Assembly (NCBI RefSeq): GCF_009914755.1
Contig: NC_060925.1
Direction: 5' to 3' (one strand)
DNA: 64,000 bases
Source: the human T2T-CHM13v2.0 reference genome, Homo sapiens
Shown: positions 39,430 to 52,416 of the stretch, in pieces
Layout: the number at the start of each line of letters is the position of its first letter
How positions within the stretch are numbered: position 1 is the stretch's first letter
Translations under genes and position numbers: made by a program
Notes under the pieces: generated by a model
What the model was told of the DNA's origin: nothing
Databases searched by the model: none
The model's input: only the letters and a program-made list of their open reading frames with translations

Positions 39430-42400
39430 TTTGTAAAGTCTGTAAGTGGATATTCTGACCTCTTGTGGCCTTCGTTGGAAACGGGATTTCTTCATATTCT
39501 GCTAGACAGAAGAATTCTCAGTAACTTCCTTGTGTTGCGTGTATTCAACTCACAGAGTTGAACGATACTTTACAGAGAGCAGACTTGACACACTCTTTTT
39601 GTGGAATTTGCAACTGGAGATTTCAGCCGCTTTGAGGTCAATGGTAGAATAGGAAATATCTTCCTATAGAAACTAGACAGAATGATTCTCAGAAACTCCT
39701 TTGTGATGTGTGCGTTCAACTCACAGAGTTTAACCTTTCTTTTCATAGAGCAGTTAGGAAACACTCTGTTTGTAAAGTCAGCAAGTGGATATTCAGACCT
39801 CTTTGAGGCCTTCGTTGGAAACGGGATTTCTTCATATTCTGCTAGACAGAAGAATTCTCAGTAACTTCCTTGTGTTGTGTGTATTCAACTCACAGAGTTG
39901 AACGATCCTTTACCCAGAGCAGACTTGAAACACTCTTTTTGTGGAATTTGCAAGTGGAGATTACAGCCGCTTTGAGGTCAATGGTAGAAAAGGAAATATC
40001 TTCGTATAAAGACCAGATAGAATGATTCTCAGAAACTCCTTTGTGATGTGTGCGTGCAACTCACAGAGTTTAACTTTTCTTTTCATAGAGCAGTTAGGAA
40101 ACACTCTGTTTGTAAAGTCTGGAAGTGGATATTCAGACCTCCTTGAGGCCTTCGTTGGAAACGGGATTTCTTCATATTATGCTAGACAGAATAATTCTCA
40201 GTAACTTCCTTGTGTTGTGTGTATTCAACTCACAGAGTTGAACGATCCTTTACAGAGAGCAGACTTGAAACACTCTTTTTGTGGAATTTGCAAGTGGAGA
40301 TTTCAGCCGCTTTGAGGTCAATGGTAGAATAGGAAATATCTTCCTATAGAAACTAGACAGAATGATTCTCATAAACTCCTTTGTGAAGTGTGCGTTCAAC
40401 TCACAGAGTTTAACCTTTCTTTTCATAGAGCAGATAGGAAACACTCTGTTTGTAAAGTCTGTAAGTGGATATTCAGACCTCCTTGAGGCCTTCGTTGGAA
40501 ACGGGATTTCTTCATATTCTGCTAGACAGAATAATTCTCAGTAACTTCCTTGTGTTGTGTGTATTCAACTCACAGGGTTGAACGATCCTTTACACAGAGC
40601 AGACTTGAAACACTCTTTTTGTGGGACTTGCAAGTGGAGATTTCAGCCGCTTTGAGGTCAATGGTAGAAAAGGAAACTATCTTCGTATAAAGACTAGACA
40701 GAATGATTCTCAGAATCTCCTTTGGGATGTGTGCGTTCAACTCACAGAGTTTAACCTTTCTTTTCATAGAGCAGTTAGGAAACACTCTGTTTGTAAAGTC
40801 TGCAAGTGGATATTCAGACCTCTTTGAGGCCTTCGTTGGAAACGGGATTTCTTCATATTCTGCTAGACAGAAGAATTCTCAGTAACTTCCTTGTGTTGTG
40901 TGTATTCAACTCACAGAGTTGAACGATCCTTTACACAGAGCAGACTTGAAACACTCTTTTTGTGGAATTTGCAAGTAGAGATTTCAGCCGCTTTGAGGTC
41001 AATAGTAGAAAAGGAAATATCTTCGTAGAAAAACTAGACAGAATGATTCTCAGAAACTCCTTTGTGATGTGTGTGTTCAACTCACAGAGTTTAATCTTTC
41101 TTTTCATAGAGCAGTTAGTAAACACTCTGTTTATAAAGTCTGCAAGTGGATATTCAGACACCTTTGAGGCCTTCGTTGGAAACGGGATTTCTTCATATTA
41201 TGCTAGACAGAAGAATTCTCAGTAACTTCCTTGTGTTGTGTGTATTCAACTGACAGAGTTGAACTTTCATTTAGAGAGAGCAGATTTGAAACACTGTTTT
41301 TGTGGAATTTGCAAGTGGAGATTTCAAGCGCTTTGGGGCCAAAGGCAGAAAAGGAAATATCTTCGTATAAAAACTAGACAGAATCATTCTCAGAAACTGC
41401 TGCGTGATGTGTGCGTTCAACTCTCAGAGTTTAACTTTTCTTTTCATTCAGCGGTTTGGAAACACTCTGTTTGTAAAGTCTGCACGTGGATATTTTGACC
41501 ACTTAGACGCCTTCGTTGGAAACGGGTTTTTTTCATGTAAGGCTAGACAGAAGAATTCCCAGTAACTTCCTTGTGTTGTGTGCATTCAACTCACAGAGTT
41601 GAACGTTCCCTTAGACAGAGCAGATTTGAAACAGTCTATTTGTGCAATTTGCAAGTGTAGATTTCAAGCGCTTTAAGGTCAATGGCAGAAAAGGAAATAT
41701 CTTCGTTTCAAAACTAGACAGAATCATTCCCACAAACTGCGTTTTGATGTGTTCGTTCAACTCACAGAGTTTAACCTTTCTGTTCATAGAGCAGTTAGGA
41801 AACACTCTGTTTGTAAAGTCTGTAAGTGGATATTCTGACCTCTTGTGGCCTTCGTTGGAAACGGGATTTCTTCATATTCTGCTAGACAGAACAATTCTCA
41901 GTAACTTCCTTGTGTTGCGTGTATTCAACTCACAGAGTTGAACGATACTTTACAGAGAGCAGACTTGACACACTCTTTTTGTGGAATTTGCAAGTGGAGA
42001 TTTCAGCCGCTTTGAGGTCAATGGTAGAATAGGAAATATCTTCCTATAGAAACTAGACAGAATGATTCTCAGAAACTCCTTTGTGATGTGTGCGTTCAAC
42101 TCACAGAGTTTAACCTTTCTTTTCATAGAGCAGTTAGGAAACACTCTGTTTGTAAAGTCAGCAAGTGGATATTCAGACCTCTTTGAGGCCTTCGTTGGAA
42201 ACGGGATTTCTTCATATTCTGCTAGACAGAAGAATTCTCAGTAACTTCCTTGTGTTGTGTGTATTCAACTCACAGAGTTGAACGATCCTTTACCCAGAGC
42301 AGACTTGAAACACTCTTTTTGTGGAATTTGCAAGTGGAGATTACAGCCGCTTTGAGGTCAATGGTAGAAAAGGAAATATCTTCGTATAAAGACCAGATAG

Positions 42401-43880
42401 AATGATTCTCAGAAACTCCTTTGTGATGTGTGCGTGTAACTCACAGAGTTTAACTTTTCTTTTCATAGAGCAGTTAGGAAACACTCTGTTTGTAAAGTCT
42501 GGAAGTGGATATTCAGACCTCCTTGAGGCCTTCGTTGGAAACGGGATTTCTTCATATTATGCTAGACAGAATAATTCTCAGTAACTTCCTTGTGTTGTGT
42601 GTATTCAACTCACAGAGTTGAACGATCCTTTACAGAGAGCAGACTTGAAACACTCTTTTTGTGGAATTTGCAAGTGGAGATTTCAGCCGCTTTGAGGTCA
42701 ATGGTAGAATAGGAAATATCTTCCTATAGAAACTAGACAGAATGATTCTCATAAACTCCTTTGTGAAGTGTGCGTTCAACTCACAGAGTTTAACCTTTCT
42801 TTTCATAGAGCAGATAGGAAACACTCTGTTTGTAAAGTCTGTAAGTGGATATTCAGACCTCCTTGAGGCCTTCGTTGGAAACGGGATTTCTTCATATTCT
42901 GCTAGACAGAATAATTCTCAGTAACTTCCTTGTGTTGTGTGTATTCAACTCACAGGGTTGAACGATCCTTTACACAGAGCAGACTTGAAACACTCTTTTT
43001 GTGGGACTTGCAAGTGGAGATTTCAGCCGCTTTGAGGTCAATGGTAGAAAAGGAAACTATCTTCGTATAAAGACTTGACAGAATGATTCTCAGAATCTCC
43101 TTTGGGATGTGTGCGTTCAACTCACAGAGTTTAACCTTTCTTTTCATAGAGCAGTTAGGAAACACTCTGTTTGTAAAGTCTGCAAGTGGATATTCAGACC
43201 TCTTTGAGCCCTTCGTTGGAAACGGGATTTCTTCATATTCTGCTAGACAGAAGAATTCTCAGTAACTTCCTTGTGTTGTGTGTATTCAACTCACAGAGTT
43301 GAACGATCCTTTACACAGAGCAGACTTGAAACACTCTTTTTGTGGAATTTGCAAGTAGAGATTTCAGCCGCTTTGAGGTCAATAGTAGAAAAGGAAATAT
43401 CTTCGTAGAAAAACTAGACAGAATGATTCTCAGAAACTCCTTTGTGATGTGTGTGTTCAACTCACAGAGTTTAATCTTTCTTTTCATAGAGCAGTTAGTA
43501 AACACTCTGTTTATAAAGTCTGCAAGTGGATATTCAGACACCTTTGAGGCCTTCGTTGGAAACGGGATTTCTTCATATTATGCTAGACAGAAGAATTCTC
43601 AGTAACTTCCTTGTGTTGTGTGTATTCAACTGACAGAATTGAACTTTCATTTAGAGAGAGCAGATTTGAAACACTGTTTTTGTGGAATTTGCAAGTGGAG
43701 ATTTCAAGCGCTTTGGGGCCAAAGGCAGAAAAGGAAATATCTTCGTATAAAAACTAGACAGAATCATTCTCAGAAACTGCTGCGTGATGTGTGCGTTCAA
43801 CTCTCAGAGTTTAACTTTTCTTTTCATTCAGCGGTTTGGAAACACTCTGTTTGTAAAGTCTGCACGTGGATATTTTGACC
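39430..43880 (+). repeat. Tandem duplication of a 14-monomer unit, period 2380 bp
   Basis: Private variants (ctgacctcttg, gttgcgtg, gatacttt, cttgacacac, ttacagcc, gaccagatag, gtgaagtg, cagatagg, gaatctcctttggg, caagtagag, cagacacc) recur at +2380, with a few differences between copies. Confidence 0.9.
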
Positions 43881-45290
43881 ACTTAGAAACCTTCGTTGGA
43901 AACGGGTTTTTTTCATGTAAGGCTAGACAGAAGAATTCCCAGTAACTTCCTTGTGTTGTGTGCATTCAACTCACAGAGTTGAAAGTTCCCTTAGACAGAG
44001 CAGGTTTGAAACACTCTATTTGTGCAATTTGCAATTGTAGATTTCAAGCGCTTTAAGGTCAATGGCAGAAAAGGAAATATCTTCGTTTCAAAACTAGACA
44101 GAATCATTCCCACAAACTGCGTTGTGATGTGTTCGTTCAACTCACAGAGTTTAACCTTTCTGTTCATAGAGCAGTTAGGAAACGCTCTGTTTGTAAAGTC
44201 TGTAAGTGGATATTCTGACATCTTGTGGCCTTCGTTGGAAACGGGATTTCTTCATATTCTGCTAGACAGAAGAATTCTCAGTAACTTCCTTGTGTTGTGT
44301 GTATTCAACTCACAGAGTTGAACGATCCTTTACACAGAGCAGACTTGAAACACTCTTTTTGTGGAATTTGCAAGTGGAGATTTCAGCCGCTTTGAGGTCA
44401 ATGGTAGAATAGGAAATATCTTCGTATAGAAACTAGACAGAATGATTCTCAGAAACTCCTTTGTGATGTGTGCGTTCAACTCACAGAGTTTAACCTTTCT
44501 TTTCATAGAGCAGTTAGGAAACACTCTGTTTGTAAAGTCAGCAAGTGGATATTCAGACCTCTTTGAGGCCTTCGTTGGAAACGGGATTTCTTCATATTCT
44601 GCTAGACAGAAGAATTCTCAGTAACTTCCTTGTGTTGTGTGTATTCAACTCACAGAGTTGAACGATCCTTTACCCAGAGCAGACTTGAAACACTCTTTTT
44701 GTGGAATTTGCAAGTGGAGATTACAGCCGTTTGAGGTCAATGGTAGAAAAGGAAATATCTTCGTATAAAGACAAGATAGAATGATTCTCAGAAACTCCTT
44801 TGTGATGTGTGCGTTCAACTCACAGAGTTTAACCTTTCTTTTCATAGAGCAGTTAGGAAACACTCTGTTTGTAAAGTCTGCAAGTGGATATTCAGACCTC
44901 TTTGAGGCCTTCGTTGGAAACGGGATTTCTTCATATTCTGCTAGACAGAAGAATTCTCAGTAACTTCCTTGTGTTGTGTGTATTCAACTCACAGAGTTGA
45001 ACGATCCTTTACACAGAGCAGACTTGAAACACTCTTTTTGTGGAATTTGCAAGTGGAGATTTCAGCCGCTTTGAGGTCAATAGTAGAAAAGGAGATATCT
45101 TCGTAGAAAAACTAGACAGAATGATTCTCAGAAACTCCTTTGTGATGTGTGTGTTCAACTCAGAGAGTTTAACCTTTCTTTTCATAGAGCAGTTAGTAAA
45201 CACTCTGTTTATAAAGTCTGCAAGTGGATATTCAGACCCCTTTGAGGCCTTCGTTGGAAACGGGATTTCTTCATATTATGCAAGACAGAA

Positions 45291-47330
45291 GAATTCTCAG
45301 TAACTTCCTTGTGTTGTGTGTATTCAACTGACAGAGTTGAACTTTCATTTAGAGAGAGCAGATTTGAAACACTGTTTTGTGGAATTTGCAAGTGGAGATT
45401 TCAAGCGCTCTGGGGCCAAAGGCAGAAAAGGAAATATCTTCGTATAAAAACTAGACAGAATCATTCTCAGAAACCGCTGCGTGATGTGTGCGTTCAACTC
45501 TCAGAGTTTAACTTTTCTTTTCATTCAGCGGTTTGGAAACACTCTGTTTGTAAAGTCTGCACGTGGATATTTTGACCACTTAGAGGCCTTCGTTGGAAAC
45601 GGGTTTTTTTCATGTAAGGCTAGACAGAAGGATTCCCAGTAACTTCCTTGTGTTGTGTGCATTCAACTCAAAGAGTTGAACGTTCCCTTAGACAGAGCAG
45701 ATTTGAAACAGTCTATTTGTGCAATTTGCAAGTGTAGATTTCAAGCGCATTAAGGTCAATGGCAGAAAAGGAAATATCTTCGTTTCAAAACTAGACAGAA
45801 TCATTCCCACAAACTGCGTTGTGATGTGTTCGTTCAACTCACAGAGTTTAACCTTTCTGTTCATAGAGCTGTTAGGAAACACTCTGTTTGTAAAGTCTGT
45901 AAGTGGATATTCTGACATCTTGTGGCCTTCGTTGGAAACGGGATTTCTTCATATTCTGCTAGACAGAAGAATTCTCAGCAACTTCCTTGTGTTGTGTGTA
46001 TTCAACTCACAGAGTTGAACGATCCTTTACACAGAACAGACTTGAAACACTCTTTTTGTGGAATTTGCAAGGGGAGATTTCAGCCGCATTGAGGTCAATG
46101 GTAGAAAAGGAAACATCTTCGTATAAAGACTAGACAGAATGATTCTCAGAAACTCCTTTGTGATGTGTGCGTTCAACTCACAGAGTTTAACTTTTCTTTT
46201 CATAGAGCAGTTAGGAAACACTCTGTTTGTAAAGTCTGCAAGTGGATATTCAGACCTCTTTGAGGCCTTCGTTGGAAACGGGATTTCTTCATATTCTGCT
46301 AGACAGAAGAATTCTCAGTAACTTCCTTGTGTTGTGTGTATTCAACTCACAGATTTGAACGATCCTTTACATAGAGCAGACTTGAAACACTCTTTTTGTG
46401 GAATTTGCAAGTGGAGATTTCAGCCGCTTTGAGGTCAATGGTAGAATAGGAAATATCTTCCTATAGAAACTAGACAGAATGATTCTCAGAAACTCCTTTG
46501 TGATGTGTGTGTTCAACTCACAGAGTTTAACCTTTCTTTTCATAGAGCAGTTAGTAAACACTCTGTTTATAAAGTCTGCAAGTGGATATTCAGACCCCTT
46601 TGAGGCCTTCGTTGGAAACGGGATTTCTTCATATTATGCTAGAGAGAAGAATTCTCAGTAACTTCCTTGTGTTGTGTGTATTCAACTGACAGAGTTGAAC
46701 TTTCATTTAGAGAGAGCAGATTTGAAACACTGTTTTGTGGAATTTGCAAGTGGAGATTTCAAGCGCTTTGGGGCCAAAGGCAGAAAAGGAAATATCTTCG
46801 TATAAAAACTAGACAGAATCATTCTCAGAAACTGCTGCGTGATGTGTGCGTTCAACTCTCAGAGTTTAACTTTTCTTTTCATTCAGCGGTTTGGAAACAC
46901 TCTGTTTGTAAAGTCTGCACGTGGATATTTTGACCACTTAGAGGCCTTCGTTGGAAACGCGTTTTTTTCATGTAAGGCTAGACAGAAGGATTCCCAGTAA
47001 CTTCCTTGTGTTGTGTGCATTCAACTCAAAGAGTTGAACGTTCCCTTAGACAGAGCAGATTTGAAACAGTCTATTTGTGCAATTTGCAAGTGTAGATTTC
47101 AAGCGCATTAAGGTCAATGGCAGAAAAGGAAATATCTTCGTTTCAAAACTAGACAGAATCATTCCCACAAACTGCGTTGTGATGTGTTCGTTCAACTCAC
47201 AGAGTTTAACCTTTCTGTTCATAGAGCTGTTAGGAAACACTCTGTTTGTAAAGTCTGTAAGTGGATATTCTGACATCTTGTGGCCTTCGTTGGAAACGGG
47301 ATTTCTTCATATTCTGCTAGACAGAAGAAT
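45291..47330 (+). repeat. Local duplication of an A-B pair, offset 1358 bp
   Basis: A 1-bp deletion (actgttttgtgg) and the variants gaaggattccc, aactcaaagag, acagtctatt, gcgcattaag and gagctgttag occur in both 45291-45970 and 46649-47330. Confidence 0.85.
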
Positions 47331-50300
47331 TCTCAGTAACTTTCTTGTATTGTGTGTATTCAACTCACAGAGTTGAACGATCCTTTACTCAGAGCAGACT
47401 AGAAACACCCTTTTTGTGGAATTTGCAAGTGGAGATTTCAGCCGCTTTGCGGTCAATGTTAGAAAAGGAAAAATCTTCGTATAGAAACAAGACAGAATGA
47501 TTCTCAGAAACTCCTTTGTGATGTGTGCGTTCAACTCACAGAGTTTAACTTTTCTTTTCATAGAGCAGTTAGGAAACACTCTGTTTGTAAAGTCTGGAAG
47601 TGGATATTCAGACCTCTTTGAGGCCTTTGTTGGAAACGGGATTTCTTCATATTATGCTAGACAGAATAATTCTCAGTAACTTCCTTGTGTTGTGTGTATT
47701 CAACTCACAGATTTGGACGATCCTTTACACAGAGCAGACTTGAAACACTCTTTTTGTGGAATTTGCAAGTGGAGATTTCAGCCGCTTTGAGGTCAATGGT
47801 AGAAAAGGAAACTATCTTCGTATAAAGACTAGACAGAATGATTCTCAGAAAATCCTTAGTGATGTGTGCATTCAACTCACAGAGTTTAACTTTTCTTTTC
47901 ATAGAGCAGTTAGGAAACACTCTGTTTGTAAAGTCTGCAAGTGGATATTCAGACCTCTTTGAGGCCTTCGTTGGAAACGGGATTTCTTCATATTCTGCTA
48001 GACAGAAGAATTCTCAGTAACTTCCTTGTGTTGTGTGTATTCAACTCACAGAGTTGAACGATCCTTTACACAGAGCAGACTTGAAACACTCTTTTTGTGG
48101 AATTTGCAAGTGGAGATTTCAGCCGCTTTGAGGTCAATGGTAGAATAGGAAATATCTTCCTATAGAAACTAGACAGAATGATTCTCAGAAACTCCTTTGT
48201 GATGTGTGCGTTCAACTCACAGAGTTTAACCTTTCTTTTCATAGAGCAGTTAGGAAACACTCTGTTTGTAAAGTCTGCAAGTGGATATTCAAACCTCTTT
48301 GAGGCCTTCGTTGGAAACGGGATTTCTTCATATTCTGCTAGACAGAAGAATTCTCAGTAACTTCCTTGTGTTGTGTGTATTCAACTCACAGAGTTGAACG
48401 ATCCTTTACACAGAGCAGACTTGAAACACTCTTTTTGTGGAATTTGCAAGTGGAGATTTCAGCCGCTTTGAGGTCAATGGTAGAAAAGGAAATATCTACG
48501 TATAAAGACTAGACAGAATGATTCTCAGAAAATCCTTTGTGATGTGTGCGTTCAACTCACAGAGTTTAACTTTTCTTTTCATAGAGCAGTTAGGAAACAC
48601 TCTGTTTGTAAAGTCTGCAAGTGGATATTCAGTCCTCTTTGAGGCCTTCTTTGGAAACGGGATTTCTTCATATTATGCTAGACAGAATAATTCTCAGTAA
48701 CTTCCTTGTGTTGTGTGTATTCAACTCACAGAGTTGAACGATCCTTTACAGAGAGCAGACTTGAAACACTCTTTTTGTGGAATTTGCAAGTGGAGATTTC
48801 AGCCGCTTTGAGGTCAATGGTATAATAGGAAATATCTTCCTATAGAAACTAGACAGAATGTTTCCCAGAAACTCCTTTGTGATGTGTGGGTTCAACTCAC
48901 AGAGTTTAACCTTTCTTTTCATAGAGCAGTTAGGAAACACTCTGTTTGTAAAGTCTGCAACTGGATATTCAGACCTCTTTGAAGCCTTCGTTGGAAACCG
49001 GATTTCTTCATATTCTGCTAGACAGAAGAATTCTCAGTAACTTCCTTGTGTTGTGTGTATTCAACTCACAGTGTTGAACGATCCTTTACACAGAGCAGAC
49101 TTGAAACACTCTTTTTGTGGAATTTGCAAGTGTAGATTTCAGCCGCTTTGAGGTCAATAGTAGAAAAGGAAATATCTTGGTAGAAAAACTAGACAGAATG
49201 ATTCTCAGAAACTCCTTTGTGATTTGTGTGTTCAACTCACAGAGTTTAACCTTTCTTTTCATAGAGCAGTTAGTAAACACTCTGTTTATAAAGTCTGCAA
49301 GTGGATATTCAGACCCCTTTGAGGCCTTCGTTGGAAACGGGATTTCTTCATATTGTGCTAGACAGAAGAATTCTCAGTAACTTCCTTGTGTTGTGTGTAT
49401 TCAACTGACAGAGTTCAACTTTCATTTAGAGAGAGCAGATTTGAAACACTGTTTTTGTGGAATTTGCAAGTGGAGATTTCAAGCGCTTTGGGGCCAAAGG
49501 CAGAAAAGAAAATATCTTCGTATTAAAACTAGACAGAATCATTCTCAGAAACTGCTGCGTGATGTGTGCGTTCAACTCTCAGAGTTTAAATTTTCTTTTC
49601 ATTCAGCGGTTTGGAAACACTCTGTTTGTAAAGTCTGCACGTGGATATTTTGACCACTTAGAGGCCTTCTTTGGAAACGGGTTTTTTTCATGTAAGGCTA
49701 GACAGAAGAATTCCCAGTAACTTCCTTGTGTTGTGTGCATTCAACTCACAGAGTTGAACGTTCCCTTAGACAGAGCAGATTTGAAACACTCTATTTGTGC
49801 AATTTGCAAGTGTAGATTTCAAGCGCTTTAAGGTCAATGGCAGAAAAGGAAATATCTTCGTTTCAAAAGTAGACAGAATCATTCCCACAAACTGCGTTGT
49901 GATGTGTTCGTTCAACTCACAGAGTTTAACCTTTCTGTTCATAGAGCAGTTAGGAAACACTCTGTTTGTAAAGTCTGTAAGTGGATATTCTGACATCTTG
50001 TGGCCTTCGTTGGAAACGGGATTTCTTCATATTCTGCTAGACAGAAGAATTCTCAGTAAGTTCCTAGTGTTATGTGTATTCAACTCACAGAGTTGAACGA
50101 TCCTTTACACAGAACAGACTTGAAACACTCTTTTTGTGGAATTTGCAAGTGGAGATTTCAGCCGCTTTGAGGTCAATGGTAGAAAAGGAAATATCTTCGT
50201 ATAAAGACTAGACAGAATGATTCTCAGAAACTCCTTTGTGATGTGTGCGTTCAACTCACAGAGTTTAACTTTTCTTTTCATAGAGCAGTTAGGAAACACT

Positions 50301-52416
50301 CTGTAAAGTCTGCAAGTGGATATTCAGACCTCTTTGAGGCCTTCGTTGGAAACGGGATTTCTTCATATTATGCTAGACAGAATAATTCTCAGTAACTTCC
50401 TTGTGTTGTGTATATTCAACTCACAGAGTTGAACGATCCTTTACAGAGAGCAGACTTGAAACACTCTTTTTGTGGAATTTGCAAGTTGAGATTTCAGCCG
50501 CTTTGAGGTCAATGGTAGAATAGGAAATATCTTCCTATAGAAACTAGACAGAATGATTCCCAGAAACTCCTTTGTGATGTGTGCGTTCAACTCACAGAGT
50601 TTAACCTTTCTTTTCATAGAGCAGTTAGGAAACACTCTGTTTGTAAAGTCTGCAAGTGGATATTCAGACCTCTTTGAGGCCTTCGTTGGAAACGGGATTT
50701 CATCATATTCTGCTAGACAGAAGAATTCTCAGTAACTTCCTTGTGTTGTGTGTATTCAACTCACAGAGTTGAACGATCCTTTACACAGAGCAGACTTGAA
50801 ACACTCTTTTTGTGGAATTTGCAAGTGGAGATTTCAGCCGCTTTGAGGTCAATGGTAGAAAAGGAAATATCTTCGTATAAAGACTAGACAGAATGATTCT
50901 CAGAAAATCCTTTGTGATGCGTGCGTTCAACTCACAGAGTTTAACTTTTCTTTTCATAGAGCAGTTAGGCAACACTCTGTTTGTAAAGTCTGCAAGTGGA
51001 TATTCAGACCCCTTTGAGGCCTTCGTTGGAAACGGGATTTCTTCATATTATGCTAGACAGAATAATTCTCAGTAACTTCCTTGTGTTGTGTGTATTCAAC
51101 TCACAGGGTTGAACGATCCTTTACAGAGAGCAGACTTGAAACACTCTTTTTGTGGAATTTGCAAGTGGAGATTTCAGCCGCTTTGAGGTCAATAGTAGAA
51201 TAGGAAATATCTTTCTATAGAAACTAGACAGAATGATTCCCAGAAACTCCTTTGTGATGTGTGTGTTCAACTCACAGAGTTTAACCTTTCTTTTCATAGA
51301 GCACTTAGGAAACACTCTGTTTGTAAAGTCTGCAAGAGGATATTCAGACCTCTTTGAGGCCTTCGTTGGAAACGGGATTTCTTCATATTCTGCTAGACAG
51401 AAGAATTCTCAGTAACTTCCTTGTGTTGTGTGTATTCAACTCACAGAGTTGAACGTTCCCTTAGACAGAGCAGATTTGAAACACTCTATTTGTGCAATTT
51501 GCAAGTGTAGATTTCAAGCGCTTTAAGGTCAATGGCAGAAAAGGAAATATCTTCGTTTCAAAACTAGACAGAATCATTCCCACAAATTGCGTTGTGATGT
51601 GTTCGTTCAACTCACAGAGTTTAACCTTTCTGTTCATAGAGCAGTTAGGAAACACTCTGTTTGTAAAGTCTGTAAGTGGATATTCTGACATATTGTGGCC
51701 TTCGTTGGAAACGGGATTTCTTCATATTCTGCTAGACAGAAGAATTCTCAGTAACTTCCTTGTGTTGTGTGTATTCAACTCACAGAGTTGAACGATCCTT
51801 TACACAGAGCGGACATGAAACACTCTTTTTGTGGAATTTGCAAGTGGAGATTTCAGCCGCTTTGAGGTCAATGGTAGAAAAGGAAACTATCTTCGTATAA
51901 AGACTAGACAGAATGATTCTCAGAAACTCCTTTGTGATGTGTGCGTTCCACTCACAGAGTTTAACTTTTCTTTTCATAGAGCAGTTAGGAAACACTCTGT
52001 TTGTAAAGTCTGCAAGTGGATATTCAGACCTCTTTGAGGCCTTCGTTGGAAACGGGATTTCTTCATATTATGCTAGACAGAAAAATTCTCAGTAACTTCC
52101 TTGTGTTGTGTGTATTCAACTCACAGAGTTGAACGATCCTTTACAGAGAGCAGACTTGAAACGCTCTTTTTGTGGAATTTGCAGGTGGAGATTTCAGCCG
52201 CTTTGAGGTCAATTGTAGAGTAGGAAATATCTTCCTATAGAAACTAGACAGAATGATTCTCATAAACTCCTTTGTGATGTGTGCGTTCAACTCACAGAGT
52301 TTAACCTTTCTTTTCATAGAGCAGTTAGGAAACACTCTGTTTGTAAAGTCTGCAAGTGGATATTCAGACCTCCTTGAGGCCTTCGTTGGAAACGGGATTT
52401 CTTCATATTCTGCTAG

